A DNA stretch of 64,000 bases from Candidatus Bathyarchaeia archaeon (lineage in GTDB: Archaea > Thermoproteota > CALKCG01 > B24), in assembly GCA_038870975.1 (NCBI GenBank), contig JAVZJD010000002.1:320001-384000 (forward strand), read 5' to 3'. Position numbers and translations under genes: made by a program. Below the pieces are notes generated by a model. It ran no database searches and was not told where the DNA came from. It saw nothing but the letters and a program-made list of their open reading frames with translations. This document shows positions 9,647 to 19,870 of the stretch, one piece after another. How positions within the stretch are numbered: position 1 is the stretch's first letter; each line of letters begins with the position of its first letter.

Positions 9647-9772
9647 TCGACTCTATTGAGAGAATGTTTCTTATTTTAAATTTTCGGTTTTAGTATTCAG
9701 TGGGAGGATTTTAGGTGGTTGATAACATTTAAATTCTTGGTCAAGCCATTAGATTAGGCTTGAGGGGACTTC

Positions 9773-11053
9773 TTGGGCACCTTGATCGATGCTACTAGAA
9801 GAGGAGTTATTACGGAAGAGGTTAGAGCCGTCGCTGAAGCTGAGCGTATCACTGCTGAAAAGATTAGAGATCGTGTTGCAAGAGGTCTTATAGTAATACC
9901 GAGAAACGTTTCTCATAGAGCTAGACCTGTAGGTATTGGACAAGGCTTAACTGTCAAAATCAATACGAATATTGGTACATCGCAGGACTTTTGTGATCCA
10001 GATCTTGAATTAAGAAAGGCGAAACTTGCAATTAAACTCGGCTCCGACACATTGATGGATCTATCCACCGGGGAAGACCTAAACATTGTAAGGAATAGAA
10101 TATTAAAAGAAGTGGATGCACCTCTAGGTACAGTCCCCATATATCAAGCATTTATAGAAGCTCTTAGAAAGAATAAGAGCATTCCAGATGTAACTGAAGA
10201 TGATATGTTTAACACAATAGAGAGACACCTTAGAGATGGTGTTGATTTCATAACTGTACACTGTGGGGTCACATTAGAGGCTGTTAAACTTTTAACTAAA
10301 AGCAGAAGAATTATGCCGATGGTTAGTAGGGGTGGATGTTTCCATAGTGCATGGGTTATGTCTAGAGGTGAGGAAAACCCACTTTATAAGAATTTTCAAT
10401 ATCTGCTTGAGCTTGCTAGGGAGTATGATGCATGCTTAAGTTTAGGTGATGCGTTGAGGCCGGGTTGTATTGCAGACTCCTTCGATAACCTAATGAATAT
10501 GGAGCTTCTAACAGTAGCTAGACTTGTGGAAGAAGCTAGGGAGAAGGGAGTTCAATGTATGGTTGAAGGGCCTGGACATATGCCTCTAGATCAAATACCA
10601 ATCAACGTGAAAATGGAGAAGTACCTGTGTAAAGGAGCCCCGTATTACGTTCTAGGGCCAATACCGACAGATACAGCAACATCTTACGACCATATAGCAG
10701 CTGCAATAGGTGGAGCCGTAGCAGCCATTGCTGGCGCAGATTTTCTATGCGTAGTAACACCTGCGGAACATTTAGCACTTCCAAAACTTGAAGACATAGA
10801 GGAAGGAGTTATCTCCGCTAAAATAGCTGGGCATGTTGCGGATATCGTTAGACTTGGTGAAAGAGCATCGAATATAGATTTGGACATGGCTCGGGCTAGG
10901 TCTAGACTAGATTGGAAAACTCAGATAAAATTGTCAGTGAATCCCGAAAAGGCTGAAGCCATCCATGAGTCTGGTAAATCCTCTTCAGGTGCATGTAGCA
11001 TGTGTGGGCCCTATTGTGCCTTAAAAATAATGAGTAGATACATGGAGCGGTGA
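9773..11053 (+). CDS. thiC: Phosphomethylpyrimidine synthase
   Basis: KINTNIGTS, DTLMDLSTG, GTVPIYQ, SLGDALRPG, VEGPGHMP and C-terminal CSMCGPYC. Confidence 0.96.
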   Translation: MGTLIDATRRGVITEEVRAVAEAERITAEKIRDRVARGLIVIPRNVSHRARPVGIGQGLTVKINTNIGTSQDFCDPDLELRKAKLAIKLGSDTLMDLSTGEDLNIVRNRILKEVDAPLGTVPIYQAFIEALRKNKSIPDVTEDDMFNTIERHLRDGVDFITVHCGVTLEAVKLLTKSRRIMPMVSRGGCFHSAWVMSRGEENPLYKNFQYLLELAREYDACLSLGDALRPGCIADSFDNLMNMELLTVARLVEEAREKGVQCMVEGPGHMPLDQIPINVKMEKYLCKGAPYYVLGPIPTDTATSYDHIAAAIGGAVAAIAGADFLCVVTPAEHLALPKLEDIEEGVISAKIAGHVADIVRLGERASNIDLDMARARSRLDWKTQIKLSVNPEKAEAIHESGKSSSGACSMCGPYCALKIMSRYMER

Positions 11054-11059
11054 AAAATA

Positions 11060-12433
11060 TTGGCTGAGCTGAAGGTAGAGCATAGGGCTTTAAGTATAGC
11101 GGGTTCTGACAGTTCAGCTGGCGCTGGGGTACAGGCTGATTTAAAGACTTTCTCAGCTTTAGGGGTTTACGGTTTAACGGTTATTACGTGTGTAACCGCT
11201 CAGAACACACAAGGCGTCTACAGAGTTTGTCCTCTACCGTCAAAATTAATTGAAGCCCAGTATAGAGCAGTATTCGAAGATATCGGTTTTGATTCTGTTA
11301 AAACAGGGCTACTACCTTCAAAGCCTATCGTGGAGAAGGTCGTTAAGCTACTTGAGAAAAACGATAAGCCTATCGTGGTAGACCCTGTATACGTGGCTGG
11401 GACGGGGTTTAAACTTACATCAGAAGACGCTTATAAGGCTATTATTGAAAAACTCATACCGATAGCCACAGTTGTAACACCGAATGTTAACGAAGCATCT
11501 AAAATAGTCGGTTTTAAAATTGAAAGTGTCGATTATGCTGAGAAAGCCGCTAAAGTGATAGCATCCTATGGTCCAAAGGCTGTGGTTGTTAAAGGTGGAC
11601 ATTTAAAAGAGGGGCCCATAGATGTAGTTTTTTGCGACGGGGAAATTATTAAACTCATCGGCTCTAGGGTTGAAGGGACATTTCACGGGGCGGGATGTTG
11701 TTTTTCAGCCGCTATAGCAGCTTGGCTTGCTAAGGGACAAAATCTTCAAGAAGCTATTAAGAAGGCTAAAAGCTTCGTAGAGAATGCTATAGTTCACCAT
11801 CATTCTATTGGTTTAGGCATTAAACCAGTCAATCCTACAGCGTTCCTGCATATGGATGCTGAAAAGTGGGATGTCATTATGAATGTTAAATCTGCTGTTA
11901 AACTTTTGGAGGAAAAACCCATTGTTTCAAAACTTATACCTGAAACTTCATCAAACTTAGTTATGGCATTAAGTTATGCGAGGAGCCTTTCCGAAGTGGC
12001 TGGAATACCTGGTAGAATAGTTAGAATCCAAGATAGAGTTAAAGCGGTTATGGAGCCCAGCTTCGGTGTTTCACGACATGTGGCCTCGACTGTTCTAACG
12101 GCTATGAGGTTTAATCCAGCTGTAAGAGCTGGTATGAACATAAGGATGGAGAGACGTATACTTGAGGTATGTCAAAAACTTGGATTCAAAATTTCAAGTT
12201 ACGATAGGAGACTTGAGCCTATTGAAATTAAAACAAGAGAAGGACTAACGACGAGTTGGGGCGCTGAGCAGGCGATCAAAGCCTTGAGTGGAAAAGTTCC
12301 AGATATTATATACCATGATGGAGATTGGGGTAAAGAGCCCATGATAACTGTCTTAGGTGTAGATGCTTTAGACGTAGCATTAAAGGTAATTAAGATTGCT
12401 GAAGCTTTAGAATCCCATTTTAGTGTAGAATAG
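11060..12433 (+). CDS. thiD: Bifunctional HMP/HMP-P kinase and thiamine-phosphate synthase (ThiDN)
   Basis: SIAGSDSSAGAGVQADLKT, VKGGH, HGAGCCFSAAI; C-terminal ThiN domain (LIPETSSN, FGVSRHVA, GDWGKEPMI). Confidence 0.93.
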   Translation: MAELKVEHRALSIAGSDSSAGAGVQADLKTFSALGVYGLTVITCVTAQNTQGVYRVCPLPSKLIEAQYRAVFEDIGFDSVKTGLLPSKPIVEKVVKLLEKNDKPIVVDPVYVAGTGFKLTSEDAYKAIIEKLIPIATVVTPNVNEASKIVGFKIESVDYAEKAAKVIASYGPKAVVVKGGHLKEGPIDVVFCDGEIIKLIGSRVEGTFHGAGCCFSAAIAAWLAKGQNLQEAIKKAKSFVENAIVHHHSIGLGIKPVNPTAFLHMDAEKWDVIMNVKSAVKLLEEKPIVSKLIPETSSNLVMALSYARSLSEVAGIPGRIVRIQDRVKAVMEPSFGVSRHVASTVLTAMRFNPAVRAGMNIRMERRILEVCQKLGFKISSYDRRLEPIEIKTREGLTTSWGAEQAIKALSGKVPDIIYHDGDWGKEPMITVLGVDALDVALKVIKIAEALESHFSVE

Positions 12434-14149
12434 ACCCACAGATTCTTCTACAAATTCACTATCTATGTAGCCTAGAGGAGAAACCGTTTCACATATTCTC
12501 TTAGCCAGTTTTAAACCGCTGATCTTAAATCCCTCTCTCATTTTAAACCTATTCTTATCTCTAAGAATATCCAACCCCAATCTTATGAGTTCAGCAGAAC
12601 TAAATCCATAGCCAACCGATTTTAACGTCTCCTCCACCAATGTCGGATTATATATTCCTCTAGCGAAAAAGCAGACTACTAGACTTGAAAGAATTTGACG
12701 CCACGATTCTTCCTCCAGCAGGTAGTCGGCAACTTCTTCCACAGATGGTTTTCTTTTCTCCTTTAGAAGCTTTTGATCCAAGCTATAGCCAGCTGAATCT
12801 AAATGACTATGTCTAGCACCAGTTAGAAATCCTATATGAGTTGCTGGACCAGTATGATAACCTGGCATTTCATTTCCACCGAATGATAGAGCGTAGTCGC
12901 TCCCGCCGTATTTATTCGAAGCATAGAATACACCCATTGAAAGATCCCTGTAGAACTCCGTCGGTTGCTCTACAATAGCCCTCATTAATCTGAGGTATGT
13001 TCCCCAATCACCCCATTTAGGCTTTAAACCTGCTGTTTCAGTTTCAGAAATCAAATTTTTCTCAAATGCCTCAGTCATCCATGCTAAAACTACGCCGGTG
13101 GATATCGCGTCGATTCCTAAAACCTCAACCTCATGGAAGAGTTTGAGCATACCCTTCGTGTCGGATATACCGAGCATAGAGCCTAGAGCATAAATTAATT
13201 CGTAATCGTAGGATATCATGGTAGTCTTGTAGAAGTACGGCTCATCTTCATATGGTTCTCTCAAAGCTGCTAAATGTATACAAGCAACAGGGCAGTGACT
13301 ACATGCAACTCTACGCCCCAGATAGTTCTCAGCAAGAAATTCACCTGAGATTTTTTCAGCGCCTTCGAACTTAGCCTCTTTAAGGTTTCTAGTTGGGAGT
13401 CCTCCTATTTCATTTAATGGAGAAACATTCATAGAGGTTCCAATATCGTGGTACTTACGCATAATCGCAGTTTTAGTAGCTGCATTGAATATTTCGTCGT
13501 ATAGAGTTCTATAAAGTTTAGCGTCTTTAACCAGTATTACGCCTCTTCCTGATACTACCAACGCTTTTAACTTCTTACTACCGAAGACTGCGCCAAGACC
13601 CAATCTACCGAAGTGTCTATAAGTTTCTGTTGTCACACATGCATATCTAACCAATTTTTCGCCAGCAACTCCTATACGCATTATAGATCTAATACCAGCA
13701 TCAGGTTCTCTCTCCCGTATAACTCTTCCAACCGTAAGACTACTTCCAACACCCCACAAACCTGAGGCATCTCTGAAGAAGACCCTTTCACCGTGAACTG
13801 CTACGTAGATCGGAGTTTCACTAGCCCCTTTAATAACTATAGCATCGTATCCTGCTGACCTTATCGCGATAGCGCTTCTACCGCCTGCATGACTTTCGCC
13901 GAGATTTCCGGTTAAAGGCGACTTAAATAACGCAATTGTCTTAGAAGCCATAGGGTATAAACCTGTGAGAGGACCAACAGCGAAAATTATGACGTTTTCA
14001 GGTCCAAGAGGGTCTGCACCCTTTGGCAACTCTTCCTCTAAGAGTTTTATACCAACGCCGACCCCTCCAATTCTATCGGCGAATAGTTCACATTTATCAA
14101 TCCAGCTTCGTTTTCTAGATAGGTCTATGTAGAGAATCCTTCCATTCAT
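12407..14149 (-). CDS. Tungsten aldehyde:ferredoxin oxidoreductase family, large subunit
   Basis: KSPLTGNLGESHAGG, GLGAVFGSKKLKA, CSHCPVAC, DYELIYALG, GIDAISTG, EMPGYH. Confidence 0.9.
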   Translation of the reverse strand: MNGRILYIDLSRKRSWIDKCELFADRIGGVGVGIKLLEEELPKGADPLGPENVIIFAVGPLTGLYPMASKTIALFKSPLTGNLGESHAGGRSAIAIRSAGYDAIVIKGASETPIYVAVHGERVFFRDASGLWGVGSSLTVGRVIREREPDAGIRSIMRIGVAGEKLVRYACVTTETYRHFGRLGLGAVFGSKKLKALVVSGRGVILVKDAKLYRTLYDEIFNAATKTAIMRKYHDIGTSMNVSPLNEIGGLPTRNLKEAKFEGAEKISGEFLAENYLGRRVACSHCPVACIHLAALREPYEDEPYFYKTTMISYDYELIYALGSMLGISDTKGMLKLFHEVEVLGIDAISTGVVLAWMTEAFEKNLISETETAGLKPKWGDWGTYLRLMRAIVEQPTEFYRDLSMGVFYASNKYGGSDYALSFGGNEMPGYHTGPATHIGFLTGARHSHLDSAGYSLDQKLLKEKRKPSVEEVADYLLEEESWRQILSSLVVCFFARGIYNPTLVEETLKSVGYGFSSAELIRLGLDILRDKNRFKMREGFKISGLKLAKRICETVSPLGYIDSEFVEESVGLFYTKMGF

Positions 14150-14559
14150 TATTTTCCCACCTCTTCGAACGCAAGAATCCTATAGGGGCAGTAGTTCACA
14201 CAATAGCCACAATATAGACATACTATAGGCTTATTAAGCTCATAGTTCCAGAATATTGCTCCAAATGGACATGCATCTCTGCAGTGTCCACATCCGATAC
14301 ATTTATCTGTGTTTAGTCTAACTCCACCCCCCTCCCGAACGATTAAAGCGCCAGTAGGACAGACCTTCTGACAGGGTGGGTCTGGACAGGCTCTACATAC
14401 GATGACAGTAAAGCCCCTTTCGATCCCACCAGTCGATTTAACGAGTATTGCTGAAAAACCTAAGCCTCCATATCCAAGCCTCCTAGTACATGCAAACATA
14501 CAAAGCTGACAACCTACGCAACGCTCACTATCGATTACGGATATTCTTTTAGCACACAT
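14149..14559 (-). CDS. 4x[4Fe-4S] ferredoxin-like AOR small subunit
   Basis: Four Cys groups (CVGCQLCMFAC, CRACPDPPCQKVC, CIGCGHCRDAC, CLYCGYCVNYC); likely ATG at 14559; stop overlaps the AOR start. Confidence 0.88.
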   Translation of the reverse strand: MCAKRISVIDSERCVGCQLCMFACTRRLGYGGLGFSAILVKSTGGIERGFTVIVCRACPDPPCQKVCPTGALIVREGGGVRLNTDKCIGCGHCRDACPFGAIFWNYELNKPIVCLYCGYCVNYCPYRILAFEEVGK

Positions 14560-14671
14560 ACTGCAGATTTTCCTGAGGAACGTATTATTAAGCCTTTGCA
14601 TGGTTTATTGAAAAAACAGGTGGAGGATAAAATTCATAAACTTCCTTCTATGTAGCATATATTCGAGTCCC

Positions 14672-14902
14672 ATGAATATTGCTTTCGTACTTATAAATAC
14701 TGAAATCGGTCTCGAAGAAACTACTCTTAAAAGATTGAGGAAAATAAAGAATGTAAAAGAGGCGTTTATTGTGTACGGCGTATACGACATAATTGCAAAA
14801 GTAGAGGCGAAGGATTTAGAGGAATTGAGGGAGATAGTATCCACCCATATAAGGCGAGTTGAAGGCATAAGGTCAACTGTAACGCTTATAGTTATCTCTT
14901 AA
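14672..14902 (+). CDS. Stand-alone Lrp/AsnC ligand-binding (RAM) domain protein
   Basis: AFVLINTEIG...VYGVYDIIAKVEA...IRRVEGIRSTVTLIV; no HTH. Confidence 0.88.
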   Translation: MNIAFVLINTEIGLEETTLKRLRKIKNVKEAFIVYGVYDIIAKVEAKDLEELREIVSTHIRRVEGIRSTVTLIVIS

Positions 14903-14929
14903 AGTCTTTTCTTATAGACTGGTGTTTAA

Positions 14930-16192
14930 ATGGCAAAGCGAATTATAAGTACCTACTACGGTGATAAAAGGAGAAGTTTTAAAGTAGATGAAGGTAGAAT
15001 TCTGGATATCATAGAACCACGTCGCATAAAACCTAGTAAATCTCTAGATGCCATGATTATTGAGTCTCTAAAGAAGGCCAGAGGAGGAATGAGGATCAAA
15101 GACTACGTTAAACCAGATACAACTGTCACCATAATTTCCGAGGACAATACAAGGGTATGTCCCGTAAGTAGAATACTTCCCTATGTATTAGCCGAATTGA
15201 AAGAAGCGGGTGTAAAAGCTGAAAACATTAAGATAGTAATGGCTTTGGGGACTCATAGACCTATGACCAAGGAAGAACTTGAGAATAAACTTGGAAAAGA
15301 AATAGTGGAAGAATATGAGGTGATAAACCATATTTGGAAGAATGAAGATGATCTTATCGAGATAGGTCTATCAAATTCAGGAACACCCGTGAAAGTCAAT
15401 AAGCACGTACTAAACGCAGAGTTTAAGATAGGTATTGGCAATGTTATTCCACATAGAGTTTCCGGATACTCTGGTGGCGCTAAGATTATTCAACCAGGTA
15501 TATGTGGAGCTGAGATCACTGGAGAAACACATTGGAAGGCCGCTTTGACACCCATAGAAAAGATGCTGGGGGTTGTTGAAAACCCCGTGCGATGGGAAAT
15601 GGAAAACATTGCCGCTAAAGTTGGTTTAAATGCTATAGTAAACACGGTATTGAATGGAAATAAAGAAGTCGTCTCCGTTGTATTCGGAAATTATGTTAAA
15701 GCCCACAGGGAGGCAGTCAATATTGCAGATTCGATTTACAAATTTAAATCAATGGAGGCCGATATAGTCGTAGTAGATAGCCATCCGGCAGATTTGGATA
15801 TGTGGCAAGCTGTTAAAGCTCTCTTCCCAGCGGCTTTAGCCGTCAAAAGAGGAGGAATCATAATCTTTCTAACACCATGCCCTGAAGGTGTTGCAAAGGA
15901 ACATCCTGAAGTTGAAAAGCTCGGTTATATACCCATATCCACTATGAAGAAGATGGTTGAAGATGGAACGATGGACGACCTTATAGCTGCCGCGCACATT
16001 GTTATGGTTAGAGAGGTCTTAGATAAAGCTAAGTGCATATTAGTTTCAGATGGTATAAGTAGAAGTTTAGCATATGGGCTTGGTTTCGATTATGCTGATG
16101 ATCTGCAAGAAGCAGTGGATGAAGCTTTGAGGGAAAAACCAGATGGCAAAATGCTAATCATGCGTATGGGCGCTGAACTCACCCTAGGTTAA
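14930..16192 (+). CDS. larA: LarA-family nickel-pincer racemase/epimerase
   Basis: EDNTR, ALGTHRPMT, IPHRVSGYSGGAKIIQPG, ETH, WQAVKA, CPEG. Confidence 0.88.
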   Translation: MAKRIISTYYGDKRRSFKVDEGRILDIIEPRRIKPSKSLDAMIIESLKKARGGMRIKDYVKPDTTVTIISEDNTRVCPVSRILPYVLAELKEAGVKAENIKIVMALGTHRPMTKEELENKLGKEIVEEYEVINHIWKNEDDLIEIGLSNSGTPVKVNKHVLNAEFKIGIGNVIPHRVSGYSGGAKIIQPGICGAEITGETHWKAALTPIEKMLGVVENPVRWEMENIAAKVGLNAIVNTVLNGNKEVVSVVFGNYVKAHREAVNIADSIYKFKSMEADIVVVDSHPADLDMWQAVKALFPAALAVKRGGIIIFLTPCPEGVAKEHPEVEKLGYIPISTMKKMVEDGTMDDLIAAAHIVMVREVLDKAKCILVSDGISRSLAYGLGFDYADDLQEAVDEALREKPDGKMLIMRMGAELTLG

Positions 16193-16213
16193 ATCAAACT
16201 TTATGCTTTTATT

Positions 16214-17374
16214 TCACTTACTGTGGATTTCAACAACATAGCCATCTTCAACTGAGTAGTTTAAACCTACTTTTAAGCCCTTAATACTTTCACTCCAAAT
16301 TCTAGCGTATTTAAACTTATCAAATAATTCTCTATGGATGCTTTTAGCAACATCGCCGACCGTAGCACCCTTTCTTAAAACTATGGGCTTGGGATCTGGT
16401 TTAGCACGTCCAGGAGGCTTGGTGTATATTCTTATTAGACCCAGCGTTTCAATTAACGCGGGTCCAATATTATCCAATCCAATCCCTGAAACGCATGAAA
16501 CTGGTACGACTTTAAATCCGTCCACGTGTTTTAGGAGAGTATTAAGGTTTTCTTGAGACCCTGAAACGTCCATCTTGTTAACTACTATGATGGTAGGCTT
16601 GTAAATGGTAGCGCCGAAAATAGCATCTTCAATATCTTCTATTGATACCTCACCATTGAGTTTTACGAAGACGGATTTAAAACCATAATCTGTTAGAAGC
16701 AGTTTAACGTCTTCAAATGAGCAATCGATGAGTTTTCCTCCCCCGCCTATAGTTATGACTCCAGTGGATTTGCGTACAATTTCTACACGTCCTTTGGGCT
16801 TTCTTAACGATATTTTCGAATTTTCAAGCTCTCTGGTGAGAGCTTGTAACTGCTCAATTGGGTTTCTAGATGCATCTATTACTAACATTAAACCATCGGC
16901 ATTTCTGATGATATTCATCGTCTTTAAACCGTAACGTTTTCCCTCGAATCCACCCTCCGGTAAAGCTGGTAGTTCTACTAGTTGAAAATCTACTCCCTCG
17001 TAATGGAAAGTCCCTACCAGTGGAAAAGTAGTTGTGTATGGAATATCGCTGATAAGAGGTTTGGCATTCGTTAAAACGGATAATAGGCTACTTTTACCTA
17101 CATTAGTTAAACCGAAAATCCCGATTTGTACATCACCAGTCTTTTCAACGGTAAACATGTCTTTAACGGTCTTCTTCCTTCTCTTCTTAGCTTCAAGCTC
17201 CTCTTCTAAAGACAGAATTTTTCTTTTAACATTGACTATGAGTTTAGCTGTACCCTTATGCTTAGGACAAATCGATAAAAACTCCTTCATAAGTCTGATC
17301 TTATCTTCGATGCTTCTAGCAGCTACGACTTCAGCCCACTTGCTCTTAGCTTTGTCCGGGAGGTTAGTAACCAT
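16214..17374 (-). CDS. DRG/OBG-family GTPase with TGS domain
   Basis: PKHKGT, GLTNVGKSSL, YTT, NKMD, IRIYTKPPG and TGS tail. Confidence 0.9.
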   Translation of the reverse strand: MVTNLPDKAKSKWAEVVAARSIEDKIRLMKEFLSICPKHKGTAKLIVNVKRKILSLEEELEAKKRRKKTVKDMFTVEKTGDVQIGIFGLTNVGKSSLLSVLTNAKPLISDIPYTTTFPLVGTFHYEGVDFQLVELPALPEGGFEGKRYGLKTMNIIRNADGLMLVIDASRNPIEQLQALTRELENSKISLRKPKGRVEIVRKSTGVITIGGGGKLIDCSFEDVKLLLTDYGFKSVFVKLNGEVSIEDIEDAIFGATIYKPTIIVVNKMDVSGSQENLNTLLKHVDGFKVVPVSCVSGIGLDNIGPALIETLGLIRIYTKPPGRAKPDPKPIVLRKGATVGDVAKSIHRELFDKFKYARIWSESIKGLKVGLNYSVEDGYVVEIHSK

Positions 17375-17524
17375 CTAATTATCAAAGGAAGATAGCATCT
17401 ATAAAAGTTTCAAAAGCTAAACTTGGCTTAAAAATCCATTAATTAATAGATGAGCGGAGTAAAATTTTGGAAAAACTTAAATGTTGCACACTTCTGAAAT
17501 TAACCTCGAATTCAGTGACCGTCA

Positions 17525-18718
17525 ATGGACAAAAGAGCTTTCCACATAGCATTACCGCAGGAGATTAAGAAGGGGCTTACCACCGACGTGTACTTTATAC
17601 GTACGAAGAAGATTCTAGATGCACTTAAAATGGATAAAATAAGGGTGGTAATGGAAGTTACAACCGGAAAGCTACCGAAAGATTGGCCTTGGGCAGTGTT
17701 CTGCGGTTTAGACGACGTTTTAACACTTTTAGAAGGTCTTCCAGTAAACCTCTTCTCTTTTCCAGAGGGAACAATATTCAAACCATTTGACGCCGACGGT
17801 TTAAGAATACCTGTTATGGTTGTTGAAGGACCATATGGGGATTTTTGCATATATGAGACGCCTCTACTCGGCCTCGTATGTCAAGCCTCTGGTATAGCTA
17901 CTATGGCTGCGAGAATCAGAAAGGTGGCTAAAGATAAAATCGTGATGGGGTTTGGTATACGTAGAATGCATCCAGCTTTAGCCCCAATGATAGATAGAGC
18001 AAGCTACATAGGTGGTGTAGACGGCGTATCGAGTGTAATAGGGGCTGAGACCATAGGCAAGAGACCAATGGGAACTATGCCTCATGCACTTATAATAGTT
18101 TTAGGAGATCAAGTAAGGGCTTGGAAGAGCTTCGATGAACTTATTGAAGAAGACGTCCCTAGAATAGCTTTAGTAGATACTTTTTACGATGAAAAAGCAG
18201 AAGCTGTTATGGCTGCGGAGGCGTTAGGCAATAAGCTTTACGGTGTAAGGCTAGATACTCCTGGGTCTAGGAAGGGAGATTTCGCAGCAATAGTTAGAGA
18301 AGTAAAATGGGAGCTAAAGACAAGGGGATATGGTCATGTTAAAGTCATAGTATCGGGAGGACTTGATGATGAAAATATCCCTGGTCTCGTGGAGGCTGGA
18401 GCTGATGGTTTCGGAGTTGGTACATCTATAAGTAATGCACCCACCATAGACTTTGCAATGGACATAGTATGCGTTGAAGATAAACCAATTGCTAAAAGGG
18501 GGAAACTCTCTGGTAGAAAACAAGTTTGGAGATGTGAAAATTGCCTAATAGATTACGTTAGACTTGTAGGGGAAGAAGAACCCAAGTGTAGATTTTGCGG
18601 TGGAGAAACCGTGCCTATGCTTAGAAAGTACATAGATAATGGTAGCGTATTGATTAGGGAGGATGTTGAGGATATACGTAGACGGACGCTATCCCAGCTT
18701 GAGAAGGTTCAAGTTTAG
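17525..18718 (+). CDS. pncB: Nicotinate phosphoribosyltransferase
   Basis: TTDVYFIRT, FGIRRMHP, GTMPHA, VRLDTPGSR, SGGLD, FGVGT, KRGKLSG. Confidence 0.92.
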   Translation: MDKRAFHIALPQEIKKGLTTDVYFIRTKKILDALKMDKIRVVMEVTTGKLPKDWPWAVFCGLDDVLTLLEGLPVNLFSFPEGTIFKPFDADGLRIPVMVVEGPYGDFCIYETPLLGLVCQASGIATMAARIRKVAKDKIVMGFGIRRMHPALAPMIDRASYIGGVDGVSSVIGAETIGKRPMGTMPHALIIVLGDQVRAWKSFDELIEEDVPRIALVDTFYDEKAEAVMAAEALGNKLYGVRLDTPGSRKGDFAAIVREVKWELKTRGYGHVKVIVSGGLDDENIPGLVEAGADGFGVGTSISNAPTIDFAMDIVCVEDKPIAKRGKLSGRKQVWRCENCLIDYVRLVGEEEPKCRFCGGETVPMLRKYIDNGSVLIREDVEDIRRRTLSQLEKVQV

Positions 18719-18989
18719 GCTCGTTAAATATGTCTACTAATAAATAGAGGTTTCTCCTACAAATCCTCCATTTTTATTGAATCACTACGAATTAATTTCC
18801 CCCTCATAGTGGGGTATTTTTATATTTTTGTATTTATCCGTAAGTGCCTGAAAGACGACTCCATACACTGGACTACTCAAGCTAAGTTAGATGACTATAC
18901 ATCCAAATTTTGGAGGCCGTTTTCTCTTCTCACGAAAGATTGAAAGAAACATTTAAACAACACATCAGCGAAGAACACTATACACACAG

Positions 18990-19700
18990 CCCACTTTCAC
19001 ACTCTTTCCGACAATCCTATCGAGTGGCATGGTCTACAGCAAGATAATCTACTCAAGCGACTCAGACACCGTATACGTCTTCTACGCCGATGAGCCTTAG
19101 CGGAAGAGGATAACCCGTTTGTCCTCATGCATGATGGAGGACTGGACATTCGATACGAGGAAGGAGTGCCGGACATAATGATAGTAGTACACAAGCTAGA
19201 CCCCGAAGCCATGGCCAGCTATGTGAACACAGAGGAAGTTGCTAGAAGTTACGCTGAAAAACACAATCTTACCCTTCGGATGGTCGACGATATAGCTGTA
19301 TTCAGCTACGGCTCCATGGAGTGCATACTTTGGAACGAGTCGATAGGCACGGTCTTCTACGTAGATGACCTGATCTACGATATCATGCGCATCGTCATTT
19401 GTGCCATTGGTTTCTGGTATAACTCTGTCAACCTCAACAACCAGATGCTAGGGGTATATGGAAGAATCACAGTCTACTATAACAAGATAAAGGGTACTGG
19501 AATCTAAGTATTGGGGCCTGTGCAAACACTGTTCTACGACGAGCCCGTGGCTACAAATAGGGTATCTAAAGAAGAGCTGTACTGGTGAGTTAAAGTATTA
19601 CTGGGAATACCGCATCTATGTGTAGTCAGATCCCTATGACGAAGACCTTTTCGAAAATGCAACAGTCAGTTTCGTTCCGGATTCTAAAGTATAGAACTAC
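18990..19700 (+). pseudogene. Fragmented hypothetical gene (longest piece 19127-19507)
   Basis: Coding-like sequence continues on both sides of the 126-aa ORF through stops and frameshifts (e.g. *VLGPVQTLFYDEPVATNRVSKEELYW*). Limits approximate. Confidence 0.4.
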
Positions 19701-19870
19701 TACGTGTGAGAGAACTATACCTCAAACCCCTAGAGAATTTAAATCCAATCAACTCATTCGATTATGTGGCAACCTCAACTATATGATACTCTTCAGAAGA
19801 CGTGGGTAAAAAGTTAAAGGTTTCTGTAAAATTTTAAATGTCTCTACTAGAACCGTTTATAATGATTTAT

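Noticed and set aside
9647-9772. TPP riboswitch upstream of thiC
   Set aside because: The short AT-rich spacer must also hold two promoters and shows no recognisable TPP aptamer core.
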